64,000 bases of DNA from Eledone cirrhosa (lineage: Eukaryota), in NCBI GenBank assembly GCA_964016885.1, contig OZ024741.1, forward strand, positions 233,864,001 to 233,928,000, given 5' to 3'. A program made the position numbers and the translations under genes. This document shows, piece after piece, positions 12,080 to 25,075 of this stretch; the first letter of the stretch is position 1, and every line of letters begins with the position of its first letter. The notes below the pieces were generated by a model that saw nothing but the letters and a program-made list of their open reading frames with translations, made no database searches and was not told the DNA's origin.

Positions 12080-13042
12080 TCATCATCATCATCATCATCA
12101 TCAACGTTTAACGTCCGTGTTCCACGCATGGGTTTGGACGGGGGTAGTCCCACTTGAGGCAAGAGTGATTGTCTTGCTCGCATAGGACTGTCTGGCAGGT
12201 TTTCTACAGTTGGATGCCCTTCCTAACACCAACCACATTTACAGTGTGGGTCTGGGAGGTTTTTACCGTGTTGCCTACACGGCCACATTACAGCGTGGAC
12301 TGTGTGTTTTTTTGTCGTGACACCTACACTATCTCATTTGGTTTCGGCCTGGATGGCGCGGCACCAACATAACTTTACATAGAACGGGGTGGTGTGGATG
12401 AGGTGGGGGTGGTGGCGGGACGGGGTGTATTTTGTTAGAGATGCCTACTGGCAAGGCGGGTCTTCTCTGTTACTGAGTACCGCCAAAGGTCTCGATCCAG
12501 TGACATTGTCTTGGAGAGGTGTAAGTGTGTGAGGTCGGAGTTTATCAGCTCGTCCCAGGTTTTTCTAGGTCTGCCTATTCCGTGGCTACCGTCTATCTTT
12601 ATTGCCCTGCACTTTTTTATACAGCTATCGACTTTCATGCGCATCACGTGTCCATACCAACGTAGCCTTCTCTCGAGTAAACAACATCTGATTCCTCTTA
12701 TCTCTAATTTTTTCCTTAGTTCGTTTATGCTTTGCCGTTCACGTATATTACTGTTACACATCCAGCGGAGCATGCAAGCTTCGTTCCTCTCTAGTCTGCG
12801 TATATCCTCTGCACACAATGCCCAGGTCTCACTGCCATGCAACATTGCTGTTCGTATGCAGGCATCGTACAACCTGCCTTTCATTTTTAGGGAGAACCCT
12901 TTAGCAGCTAATAGTGGTATAAGCTCTCTGAACTTTTTCCAACCAGTTCTGACTCTAGCTACAGTACTTTCAGAGCACCCTCCCCCACTGCTGATTTTAT
13001 CGCCCAGGTAACGGAAGCTGTCCACTATTTCTATAGAACCCT
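12080..13042 (-). mobile_element. RTE LINE family A, 5'-truncated
   Basis: RT C-terminus in ORF 12435-13097; small deletion removes the normal stop; 3'UTR and (TGA)n tail. Confidence 0.95.
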
Positions 13043-13108
<66 letters not shown>

Positions 13109-13277
13109 CCTATATATATATATATACCTATATATATATATACCTATATATATACATATATATATATATACATATATATATACATTTATACACATATATA
13201 TATATATACATATATATACATTTATACACATATATATATATATACATTTATACACATATATATATATATACATTTAT

Positions 13278-15432
13278 TTGGAAGTGTCACTATGAAAGGC
13301 TACTAAATGAGGAGAATAAATGGGAGAAAGACAGTCTCCCCCATATCGACCCAATAGAAGGACCAGCAGTGTTAGTCGAGGGGAGTATAATAAGTAAGGC
13401 AATCAAGGATATGAAGACGGGTAAGGCGGCTGGGCCTTCGGAAATAGTTGCTGAGATGCTGAAGGCATCTGGCACGGTGGGACACACCATGGTCACCCGC
13501 ATAGTTAACCAAGTCGTACAGAATGGGGTTGTTCCGAAGGACTGGCATAACAGCATCATCGTTAACTGTTATAAGGGTAAAGGAGACGCCCTCGATAGGA
13601 GTAACTATAGAGGCATTAAATTAATCGACCAGGTCATGAAGGTCACGGAAAAAGTAATAGCGCAACTAATCAGAGAGAGAATTGACCTAGATGAAATGCA
13701 GTTCGGGTTTGTGTCAGGCAAAAGTACCACAGACGCTCTTTTCATAGTACGACAACTACAGGAGAAGTACCTAGCTAAAGGTAAGCCCCTCTACTTAGCT
13801 TTTGTCGACTTGGAGAAAGCCTTCGACAGAGTCCCCCGCTCCATTATCTGGTGGGCTCTTAGAAAACTAGGCGTTGACGAATGGCTTGTGAGGGCTATAC
13901 AAGCCATGTATAGAGAAACAGTCAGCAAGGTTAGAATTAACAACGAATATAGTGAAGAGTTTAGCGTAAAAGTTGGAGTCCATCAGGGCTCTGTTCTCAG
14001 CCCACTACTATTTATTATTGCCCTTCAGGCTATAACAGAGGAGTTCAAGACAGGCTGCCCATGGGAACTCCTATACGCAGACGACCTGACACTCATAGCG
14101 GAATCAATGGCCGAGCTAGAGAAGAAATTCCAAACATGGAAGCACGGCCTAGAGTCAAAAGGACTTAAAATTAACCTGGCTAAGACCAAAGTACTAGTTT
14201 GTAGGAAAGAAAACAAGGCGGCGGTCCCTTCTGGGAAATGGTCGTGCTCGGTGTGTAGGAAAGGCGTAGGTAGAAACTCCATTTTATGTCCTAAATGCAA
14301 AGTATGGGTGCATAAAAGATGTAGTGGGATCACAGGTAAGCTAACTAAGAACATAGATTTTACATGTGGCCGGTGCTCTGGTGCAATAAGTAGCAGCAAG
14401 TGCCCACAAAATACTAGCTCTTTCAATTGCGCAGAGGGTTCTATAGAAATAGTGGACAGCTTCCGTTACCTGGGCGATAAAATCAGCAGTGGGGGAGGGT
14501 GCTCTGAAAGTACTGTAGCTAGAGTCAGAACTGGTTGGAAAAAGTTCAGAGAGCTTATACCACTATTAGCTGCTAAAGGGTTCTCACTAAAAATGAAAGG
14601 CAGGTTGTACGATGCCTGCATACGAACAGCAATGCTGCATGGCAGTGAGAACTGGGCATTGTGTGCAGAGGATATACGCAGACTAGAGAGGAACGAAGCT
14701 TGCATGCTCCGCTGGATGTGTAACAGTAATATACGTGAACGGCAAAGCATAAACGAACTAAGGAAAAAATTAGAGATAAGAGGGATCAGATGTTGTTTAC
14801 TCGAGAGAAGGCTACGTTGGTATGGACACGTGATGCGCATGAAAGTCGACAGCTGTATAACAAAGTGCAGGGCAATAAAGATAGACGGTAGTCACGGAAT
14901 AGGCAGACCTAGAAAAACCTGGGACGAGCTGATAAACTCCGACATCACACACTTACACCTCTCCAAGACAATGTCACTGGACCGAGACCTTTGGCGGTAC
15001 TCAGTAACAGAGAAGACCCGCCTTACCTAAATATATAGTAAAACCTACTCCAGCCAGTAGGCATCTCTAACAAAATACACCCCGTCCCACCACCCCCACC
15101 CCCACCCCATCCACACCACCCCGTTCTATGTAAAGTTATGTTGGTGCCGCGCCATCGAGGCCGAAACAAATGAGATCGTGTAGGTGTCACGACAAAAAAA
15201 CACACAGTCCACGCTGTAATGTGGCCGTGTAGGCAACACGGTAAAAACCTCCCAGACCCACACTGTAAATGTGGTTGGTGTTAGGAAGGGCATCCAACTG
15301 TAGAAAACCTGCCAGACAGTCCTATGCGAGCAAGACAATCACTCTTGCCTCAAGTGGGACTACCCCCGTCCAAACCCATGCAAGCGTGGAACACGGACGT
15401 TAAACGTTGATGATGATGATGATGATGATGAT
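13278..15432 (+). mobile_element. RTE LINE family A, 5'-truncated, RT frame intact
   Basis: ORF 13369-15030 with [28 protein letters not shown]; 3'UTR and tail. Confidence 0.97.
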
Positions 15433-15547
15433 ATATATACATATATATATATACACATATACATTTATACACACATATATATATACATATATATATATAC
15501 ACATATATATACACATATATATATACATATACAGATATATATATATA

Positions 15548-15578
<31 letters not shown>

Positions 15579-15795
15579 TTATATACATATATATATACAT
15601 ATATATATATATATACACATATATATACACATATATATATATATATACACATATATATACACATATATATATACATATACAGATATATATATACACATAT
15701 ATATATATATACACATATATATACACATATATATATATATATATACACACATATATATACACATATATATATACATATACAGATATATATATATA

Positions 15796-15829
<34 letters not shown>

Positions 15830-15922
15830 TATACATATATATATATACATATATATACATATATATATATATACACACATATATATACACATATATATAT
15901 ACATATACAGATATATATATAT

Positions 15923-15979
<57 letters not shown>

Positions 15980-16050
15980 TATACATATATATATATATAT
16001 ACATATATATACATATATATATATATACATATAAATATATATATATATAT
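15433..16050. repeat. Interrupted (TA)n array with CATATACAGATA marker units
   Basis: Marker recurs at about 15527, 15675, 15775, 15903. Confidence 0.9.
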
Positions 16051-16486
16051 AGTATTAAGGATACTATTTATGGTTATGTATATACTAAAACTTTTTATAG
16101 TTATATATTTTTTAAACCCTAAACAGTGAAAGACAGTAATTTATTACTACCTTATTACCAGTAAGATAAATAGCTCAATGTAATAACATCACTTGTTCTA
16201 CAGAGCAGTTATATAGAATTCACATGAATCAAAGTTCTGTTCAAACCATTTATTAGCTTACAATTGTTTTGTCCAAACCGAGCTTTGGAGTCTTCGGAGC
16301 TTTTTTCAAAGTTTGTTTACATACTTGACCTCCTTTCCAACACAAGAGACATACAGATACATATATATATATTGATGCACAGTGGGGTGACATCCATTAT
16401 ATTATTTCTGAAATAATATACATATATATAGATAGATATATATATACATATATATATATATATGTGTATATATATATATATATATG

Positions 16487-17050
16487 TCACTGGACCGAGA
16501 CCTTTGGCGGTACTCAGTAATAGAGAAGACCCGCCTTACCTAAATACAAAGTAAAAACCTACTACAGTCAGTAGGCATCTCTATCAAAACACACCCCCGT
16601 CCCACCACCTCCACCCCACCCACACCGCCCCTTTCAATGTAAAGTTATGTTGGTCCCACAACATCCAGGCCGAAACAAATGAGATCGTGTAGGTGTCACG
16701 ACAAAAAACACACAGTCCACGCTGTAATGTGGCCGTGTAGGCAACACGGTAAAAACCTCCCACCCCCACACTGTAAATGTGGTTGGTGTTAGGAAGGGCA
16801 TCCAGCTGTAGAAAACCCGCCAGACAGTCCACGCTGTAATGTGGCCGTGTAGGCAACACGGTAAAAACCTCCCAGCCCCAGACTGTAAATGTGGTTGGTG
16901 TTAGGAAGGGCATCCAACTGTAGAAAACCCGCCAGACAGTCCTATGCGAGCAAGACAACCACTCTTGCCTCAAGTGGGAAAACCCCCGTCCAAACCCATG
17001 CAAGCGTGGAACACGGACGCTAAACCTGATGATGATGATGATGATGATGA
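16487..17050 (+). mobile_element. RTE-A subfamily 3' end with internal 3'UTR duplication
   Basis: ~113-bp segment repeated (about 16715-16827 and 16828-16940); tail GCTAAACC(TGA)n. Confidence 0.92.
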
Positions 17051-17188
17051 TATATATATATATATATATAAATGAAGTAATTCCATCGGAAAAGTCCAGG
17101 AAAAAAGAGTGCTCTATGTATGCAACAGAGCTTAATTATTAAGAAACCACTGGTAAATGGAATAATTGCCTTATGTTGTTTATTACAT

Positions 17189-17219
<31 letters not shown>

Positions 17220-17221
17220 GA

Positions 17222-17400
17222 TTACTCAGCCTTAGATATGAGATGATAGGGACTGGGGTCTCTATCATTCCAGTGCAAAGTGGTCGTGGAGGTGCCACGG
17301 CAAAAAAGCACCCAGCACTTACTGGAAACGAGGTTGGTGTTAGGAAGGGCATCCAGCTGTAGAAATCAAGTCAGAATCAGTTCCCGTCTCACCCTTGCAA
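17222..17400 (+). mobile_element. SINE body, + copy of an inverted pair
   Basis: 17222-17354 is the reverse complement of 17401-17533. Confidence 0.85.
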
Positions 17401-17656
17401 GGATGCCCTTCCTAACACCAACCTCATTTACAGTGAGTGCTGGGTGCTTTTTTGCCGTGGCACCTCCACGACCACTTTGCAGTGGAATGATAAGGACCCC
17501 AGTCCCTATCATCTCATTTCTACAGCTGAGTAAACTGGAGCAATGTGAAATAAAGTGTCTGGCTCAAGGAAACAACACATCACCCAGTCTGAGAATTGAA
17601 CTCACAACCTTTCGATTGCAAGGCCAATGCTCTAACCACTAAGCCATGTGCCTCCA
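17401..17656 (-). mobile_element. tRNA-derived SINE, 3'-truncated (head with CCTTGAGC..GACACTTT core)
   Basis: Minus strand TGGCTTAGTGG A-box, GAGTTCAATTC B-box, TCCTTGAGCCAGACACTTTATTTCAC. Confidence 0.88.
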
Positions 17657-17764
17657 TATATATTCATATATATATATATATACATATATATAGATATACA
17701 TATATATTCAAATATATATATATATATACATATATATTCATGTATATACATATACATATATACA

Positions 17765-17795
<31 letters not shown>

Positions 17796-17924
17796 ATACA
17801 TATATACATACATATATATATATATACATATATACATACATACATATATATATACATATATATTCATATATATATATATATACATATATACTCATATATA
17901 TATATATATATATACATATATATA

Positions 17925-20557
17925 CATGTTGGACAGCTCCAGGATGGTTACACTAGGGTACATGGTGGGCACAGTTACAGTTCAAGAAATGAAGGAGTGA
18001 GACTTCTTGAATTTTGTGATGCAGGTACATTGACTATTTGCAACACAAACTTCCAGAAACCTGCCAACCACCTATTAACCTACAATCAGGCGAGCACATA
18101 AGCCAGATTGACTTCTTACTAGTTAGGCAGCGGGATAGGCAGATAGTGTCTAATACCAAGGCATACCCTGGGGAAGAATGTACCCCACAGCATAGGTTAG
18201 TTGTTAGTGATATCTCAGTAAGCAAGAGATGGAATGAGACATACAGGAAGGTGTGGAGAAGAAAGGTCTGGAAGCTAAAAGACCTTTCACTAAAATACAA
18301 ATTTAGGAAAGCCCTTCAAGATGTATATGACGAAAAAGAAGCCGATTTAGAGACGTATGACATAGATAATAACTGGAATTTCTTACGTGACAACTTGCTG
18401 CAGGCTACTGATGAAACTTGTGGCTGGAGCAGAGCTCCAACCAGGGTGAGAGTGACCTGGTGGTGGAACAGCACAGTAGATAAGGCTATTAGAGACAAAA
18501 GACTAGCATGGAAGGCTTGGAAAAAGGGTGGGAGTAGGGAAGAATATACAGCCACTAAGAGAGAAGCTAGACGTCAGGTGTACTTAGCACGCTGGGAGGC
18601 AGAGAGTAGGAGGTTTGCCAATGTTCTGCGATGGGAAGATCAGAGGCATGCGGTGTTCCACATTGCAAGGCAGTGTGTCAATGCAAATCAGGATGTTGTT
18701 GGAGATAAATGTGTCCGGGATGATGCCGGTGTACGTAGTGTCACGAATGATCAGAAAAAGGAGGCCTGGAAATGTCATTATGAGAGACTGATGAATGTGG
18801 AGAATAAATGGGAGAGAGAGAGAAATTACCCTTGGTAGATCCGACAGAGGGACCAGCTATTGAGATTGACGAATATAGGGTCCAAGAGGCGATTAGGGAA
18901 ATGAAAAATGGTAAGGCTGCCGGACCATCGGGAATAGTTGCTGAGATGCTGAAGGCATCAGGGGACGTAGGCACTAAACTGGTTGCACGCATCATCAATC
19001 AGGCTATACATGGTGGTGTCATACTCAAAGACTGGTGCAGCACTACTCTCATAAATTGCTACAAAGGTAAAGGGGATTCTCTGGTGATGAGCAATTATAG
19101 GGGTATAAAACTGATAGATCAGGTTATGAAAGTGGCACAAAGGATTTTAGCACAACTAATTAGAGAAAGGGTCAAACTAGATGAGATGCAGTTTGGTTTT
19201 GTGCCTGGGAAGAGTACAACAGATGCCCTCTTCTTGGTGAGACAATTGCAAGAGGGGTTCTTAGAGAAGAATAAACCACTATACTTAGCCTTTGTTGACC
19301 TAGAGAAGGCCTTTGATAGGGTACCCCGATCTGTCATCTGGTGGTCCCTAAGGAAGCTAGGTGTTGAGGAATGGCTTGTGAGGACAGTGCAAACTTTGTA
19401 CAGAGGTACTCTCAGTAAAGTCAGGGTAGGAATGGAGTTTAGTGAGGAATTCCAGATACAAGTAGGAGTACATCAGGGTTCGGTCCTCAGCCCGCTCTTG
19501 TTCATTATAGTCCTCCAAGCCATAACAGAGGAGTTTAAGACTGGCTGTCCATGGGAACTTCTCTATGCTGACGATCTGGTTCTTATAGCAGAATCAGTAG
19601 AGGAGCTAGAGAATAAATTCTGGCTATGGAAACAGCAGTTGGAAGGAAGAGGACTGAGAGTGAATCTAGCTAAGACAAAAGTGTTGATGAGTAGAAAAGA
19701 GGACAAAACCCTGATTCCGTCAGGGAGATGACCATGTTCGATATGCAGAAAAGGAACTGGTATAAATTCTATAAAATGCACACAATGCAGATCCTGGGTA
19801 CACAAGAGATGTAGCGGGATAGCAGGCAAACTAACAGGTAGGGAGAAATATGTATGCAGTAGATGTACAGGGAAATTAGACAGTAGAAGTCGCATTGATA
19901 GACAGATTTTTCAAATGCAGGAGGGCGCTATAGAAGTGGGGGATAGCTTCCGGTACCTAGGAGATCAGATTAGCATGGGAGGAGGGTGTTCCGAGGCCAT
20001 AGTATCTAGAATAAGGACGGGTTGGAAGTTTAGGGAGCTGCTTCCTCTGTTGACGAAGGGTTTCTCCCTGCGTACGAAAGGCTGGTTGTATGATGCCTGT
20101 GTGAGGAGCGCGATGCTGCATGGTAGTGAGACATGGGCAGCAACTGCAGAGGATATGCGACGGCTGGAGAGAAATGAGGCAAACATGCTCCGTTGGATGT
20201 GCAGGGTAAATGTGTGTGAACGACTCAGCATAATGTGTTGAGAGAGAAACTGTGTCTGAGAGGGATAGAATGCAGTGTACGGGAGAGGAGACTGAGGTGG
20301 TATGAACATGTGATGCGCATGGAGGATGACCGATGGGTGAAGAAGTGCCAGGAAATGCCAGTTGAAGGAAGACGTGGTAGAGGTAGACCACGAAAAACAT
20401 GGGCGGAGATGGTGAGAACAGACCTCAGATCATTGAAGCTCACGGTGGAGATGACGAAGGACCGTGATGAGTGGAGAGATGCTGTGCTGAATAAGACCCG
20501 TCCCACCCTTGCAAGCAGGGTAAAGCGGACGTAAAATGATGATGATGATGATGATGA
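17925..20557 (+). mobile_element. RTE LINE family B, 5'-truncated inside APE, frameshifted
   Basis: ORFs 18038-18838, 18808-19731 (YADD), 19915-20241, 20235-20534; almost no 3'UTR; (TGA)n tail. Confidence 0.95.
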
Positions 20558-20807
20558 TACATATATATATATACATATATATTCATGTATATACATATAT
20601 ATACATATATATTCATGTATATACATATATATTCATGTATATACATATATATACATGTATATACATATATATACATATATATATACATATATATACATAT
20701 ATATTCATGTATATACATATATATACATATGTATTCATGTATATACATATATATTCATATATTCATGTATATACGTATATATATATATATATATTCATGT
20801 ATATATG

Positions 20808-20838
<31 letters not shown>

Positions 20839-21037
20839 ATATATATATACATATTCATATATATACATATATATTCATGTGTATACATACATATATATAT
20901 ACATATATATTCATGTATATACATACATATATATATACATATATATTCATGTATATACATACATATATATATACATATATATTCATGTATATACATATAT
21001 ATATATATATATTATATATATACATATATACACATAT
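20558..21037. repeat. TA array with TATTCATGTATATACATA minisatellite unit
   Basis: TTCATGT marker recurs about 10 times. Confidence 0.9.
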
Positions 21038-21137
21038 TTAAGGAACGATCGACTTTCGTCAAATTGGACGGAGGAAACATTGTTTCTGTTGGTCTTTCCA
21101 ATTGCTAATACTATCTATCGGTCGCAACTCCAGGTAG

Positions 21138-21260
21138 AAGGAGCAACGTGAAATAAAGTGTCTTGCTCAAGGACATAACGCATCGCCTGGTCCAGGAATC
21201 GAACTCACAACCTTACGATTGCGAATCCAATTCTCTAACCACTCAGCCACACGCTTTCAC
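21138..21260 (-). mobile_element. tRNA-derived SINE head
   Basis: TGGCTGAGTGG A-box, GAGTTCGATTCC B-box, GTCCTTGAGCAAGACACTTTATTTCAC. Confidence 0.85.
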
Positions 21261-21265
21261 ATATA

Positions 21266-21297
<32 letters not shown>

Positions 21298-21560
21298 CAC
21301 ATATATATACATATATATACATATATATATACATATATACACATATATATACATATATATATACATATATACACATATATAAATACATATATACACATAT
21401 ATATACACATATATATATATATATATACATATATAAACACATATATATACATACATATATACACATATATATACATATATATATACATCTCAGAAGTTGT
21501 TTTTCGTTAATTCCTAAGCCAAAATACGATTCTCGTTAATTTATATTTGTATATATATAC

Positions 21561-21605
<45 letters not shown>

Positions 21606-22036
21606 TACATACATATATATATACATATACACATATATATATATGTATATATATATATATGTATATAGAACTACATATATGTATATATATATATGTAAAT
21701 ATATGTATATATATCTATATATATATAAATATATATATATGTATATATATATAAATATATATATGTATATATATCTATATAAATATATATATATGTATAT
21801 ATATCTATATAATTATATATATATGTATATATATCTATATATATCTATATATATGTATATATATATATTTATATATATCTATATATATCTATATATATGT
21901 ATATATATATTTATATATATCTATATATATCTATATATATCTTTATATATATCTATATATATCTATATATATGTATATATATATTTATATATATCTATAT
22001 ATATCTATATATATATATGTATATATCTATATATAT

Positions 22037-22980
22037 GTATCGGATCTACCACCACCTCGTTTAAATCTCGCTGGTACCGTCATCGATTCTCAATCAAACA
22101 TTCTAATCACCGTTTTGTGACCACGCTCGCCAACAAGACCTGGCAACTCCGTGAACGCCACCAACAGTTCACCTTAAAATGGGATATACTTTCCAGCGCA
22201 AGTGCATATCGGAGTGGATTGAAGTACTGTAGGTTATGTAACCTTGAACTCTTTTACATATTAAAACCCCAAAACAAACTACTTAACGATAGAATTGAAC
22301 GATCATTATACTGCAACCACAAACTAAAAGCTAAATTCTCTCACTATAAAATAACTTAACATTTGAACCCGTAACTATAACATCGCTTTCTAGCTAACCA
22401 CCTTCTCTTCCCCCACACTACAAGACAATACACTGCTTATCACTATAAATGGTAACTCACCACATAGACTTCGTCTGTCCCCTCTCTATCTCTCTCTCTC
22501 TCTACATCCATTACACTCTCTCTCTCTCGCCTTTGGCCTACCTCCCTCCCTCTCCACATCTACGAACCTGCCCTCAGGGGCAATAAATAATTCCGACCTT
22601 AACTATCAATGCATCTCTCCAAAAGTAACCAGTATAATAAAAACCCCTACCATAACATTTTGATTAAGATATCTACAAACCATTCTCTCCTATTTCTCCA
22701 ACCTGTGCATATCTTTCTCGCTCTCTCCCTCTCCCCTACTTTTTCTCTCTTCCTTTTCTACTCTATCTTCTCAAACAACCCCACTGAAGGGTATTTACAT
22801 TGTACATTTTAACCATTATGCTCTAAGGATACAGTGGTCACAGCATTGGATATTTGAGTTCTGCAAATAGTTGTAAATTTGCACATAGCATAACTAGGCT
22901 GTAGTACCTCCGTGGAAACATTTGTAAGCACACGGAATAAATTACCTTTTTATGATGTCTACCTGTTATTATTCATTCTT
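22037..22980 (+). mobile_element. Penelope-like element 3' fragment (GIY-YIG C-half plus 3' region)
   Basis: End of ORF 21547-22359: [15 protein letters not shown]...KWDIL..A.AY...CRLCNLE...LLNDR...CNH; same type as 9570-10454. Confidence 0.85.
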
Positions 22981-23209
22981 TATATATCTATATATATATG
23001 TATATATATCGATATATATGTATATATATCTATATATATGTATATATATATCGATATTTATGTATATATATCTATATATATGTATATATATATCGATATT
23101 TATGTATATATATCTATATATATGTATATATCTATATATATGTATATATATATCTATATATATGTATATATATCTATATATATGTATATATATGTATATA
23201 TATCTATCT

Positions 23210-24292
23210 CATCATCATCGTTTAACGTCCATCTTCCACGCTTGCATGAGTTTGGACGTGAGGTTTTCCACTTGAGGCAAGATTTGTCGTCCTGCTCGTA
23301 TAGGACTGTCTGGCAGGTTTTCTACGGCTGGATGCCCTTCCTAACACCAACCACATTTACAGTGTGGAACTGGGAGGTCTTTTGTTAGAGGTGCCTACTG
23401 ACTGTAGGTTTCGCTTTGTACTTAGGCAAGGCGAGTCTTCTGTATGACTGTGTAGCGCCAAAGATCTCGGTCCAGTGACATTGTCTTGGAGAGGTGTAAG
23501 TGTGTGAGGTCAGAATTTATCAAGTCGTCCCAGGTTTTTCTGGGTCTGCCTACTCCGTGGCTACCGTCTATTTTTATCGCCCTGCACTTTTTTATACAGC
23601 TGTCGTCTTTCATGCGCATCACGTGACCATACCAACGTAGTCTTCTCTCGAGTAAACAACATCTGATCCCTCTTATTCCTAATTTCTCTCTTAGTTCGTT
23701 TATGCTTTGCCGTTCACGTATATTACTATTACACATCCAGCGGAGCATGCAAGCTTCGTTTCTCTCCAGTCTGCTTATATCCTCTGCACACAATGCCCAA
23801 GTCTCACTGCCATGTAACATTGCTGTTCATATGCAGGCATCATACAGCCTGCCTTTCATTTTTAGAGAGAACCCTTTAGCGGCTAATAGTGGTTTAAGCT
23901 CTCTGAACATTTTCCATCCCGTTCTGACTCTAGCTACTGTACTTTCAGAGCAAGAGTGGTTGTCTTGCTCGCATAAGACTGTCTGGCGGGTTTTCTACGG
24001 CTGGATACCCTTCCTAACACCAACCACATTTACAGTGTGGAACTGGGAGGTTTTTACCGTGTTACCTACACGGCCACATTACAGCGTGGACTGTGTGTTT
24101 TTTTGTTGTGACACCTACACGACCTCATTTGTTTCGGACTGGATGTTGTAGTACCAACATCATTTTATATTGAAAGGGATGGTGTGGATGGGGTGGGGGT
24201 AGTGGGACGGGGCTGTATTTTGTTAGAGGTGCCTATTGACTGTAGTAGGTTTCACTTTGTACTTAGGTAAGGCGGGTCTTCTCTATTACTGT
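23210..24292 (-). mobile_element. Rearranged RTE-A-related fragments (tail, RT C-terminus, second 3'UTR)
   Basis: Tail 23210-23380 with 3'UTR deletion; ORF 23422-23820; junction at 23950 into another 3'UTR. Confidence 0.9.
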
Positions 24293-24439
24293 GTATATGT
24301 ATCTATATATATGTATATATATATCTATATATGTATATATATATCTATATATATATATGTATATATATCTAAATATATGTGTATATATATGTATATATAT
24401 ATGTATATATATGTATATATATATGTATATATATGTATA

Positions 24440-24491
<52 letters not shown>

Positions 24492-24525
24492 TATATATAT
24501 ATATGTATATATATGTCTATATATC

Positions 24526-24926
24526 TGTATACGTACATACATATATGTATACAGACATAGAGTAGTATGTATATATATACATACATGCACACATATATAT
24601 ATGCACGTATCGGTTTACCGAACATTTATTATAATGCTCGGTTTGTTTGTTTGTAAACGTTCAACCATCTGGCAGGAAGGTATACAATAGCTAATAAGCT
24701 TGAAGCTAGTACATCGTTCCTGTGTCAGTGTTGAACAAAAAGGTGATGTGGTTGCCTAAACACTGTACGGCGTAATTCGGGCTGTTTGTTTGTTTACAAA
24801 CAAACAAACCGAGCATTATAATAAATGTTCGGTAAACCGATACGTGCATATATATATATGTGTGCATGTATGTATATATATACATACTACTGTACGTCTG
24901 TATACATATATGTATGTACGTATACA
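24526..24926. mobile_element. Foldback/MITE-like element with ~135-bp inverted repeats
   Basis: 24526-24659 is near-perfectly inverted at 24792-24926, around a ~130-bp unique spacer. Confidence 0.75.
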
Positions 24927-25008
24927 TACATAATTACATTTAAGTAAGTGCCGTACTAAGAGTGAGAAATGAAATTTCGTTTCATTCTATTCCATTTATA
25001 TATATCTA

Positions 25009-25041
<33 letters not shown>

Positions 25042-25075
25042 ATATATATATATATATCTATGTATATATACATAT

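Noticed and set aside
15080-15122. C-rich tract in the RTE-A 3'UTR (G-quadruplex potential on the cDNA strand)
   Set aside because: Present, but variable between copies and with no evidence of function from sequence alone
17078-17165. Hammerhead-like outline ATTCCAT...GAAAC-CACTG-GTA-AATGGAAT
   Set aside because: Core reads CGGAAAA and stem II has no closing pairs; too decayed to call
17585-17656. tRNA-like sequence (also 21190-21260)
   Set aside because: SINE heads continuing into SINE cores; no complete cloverleaf
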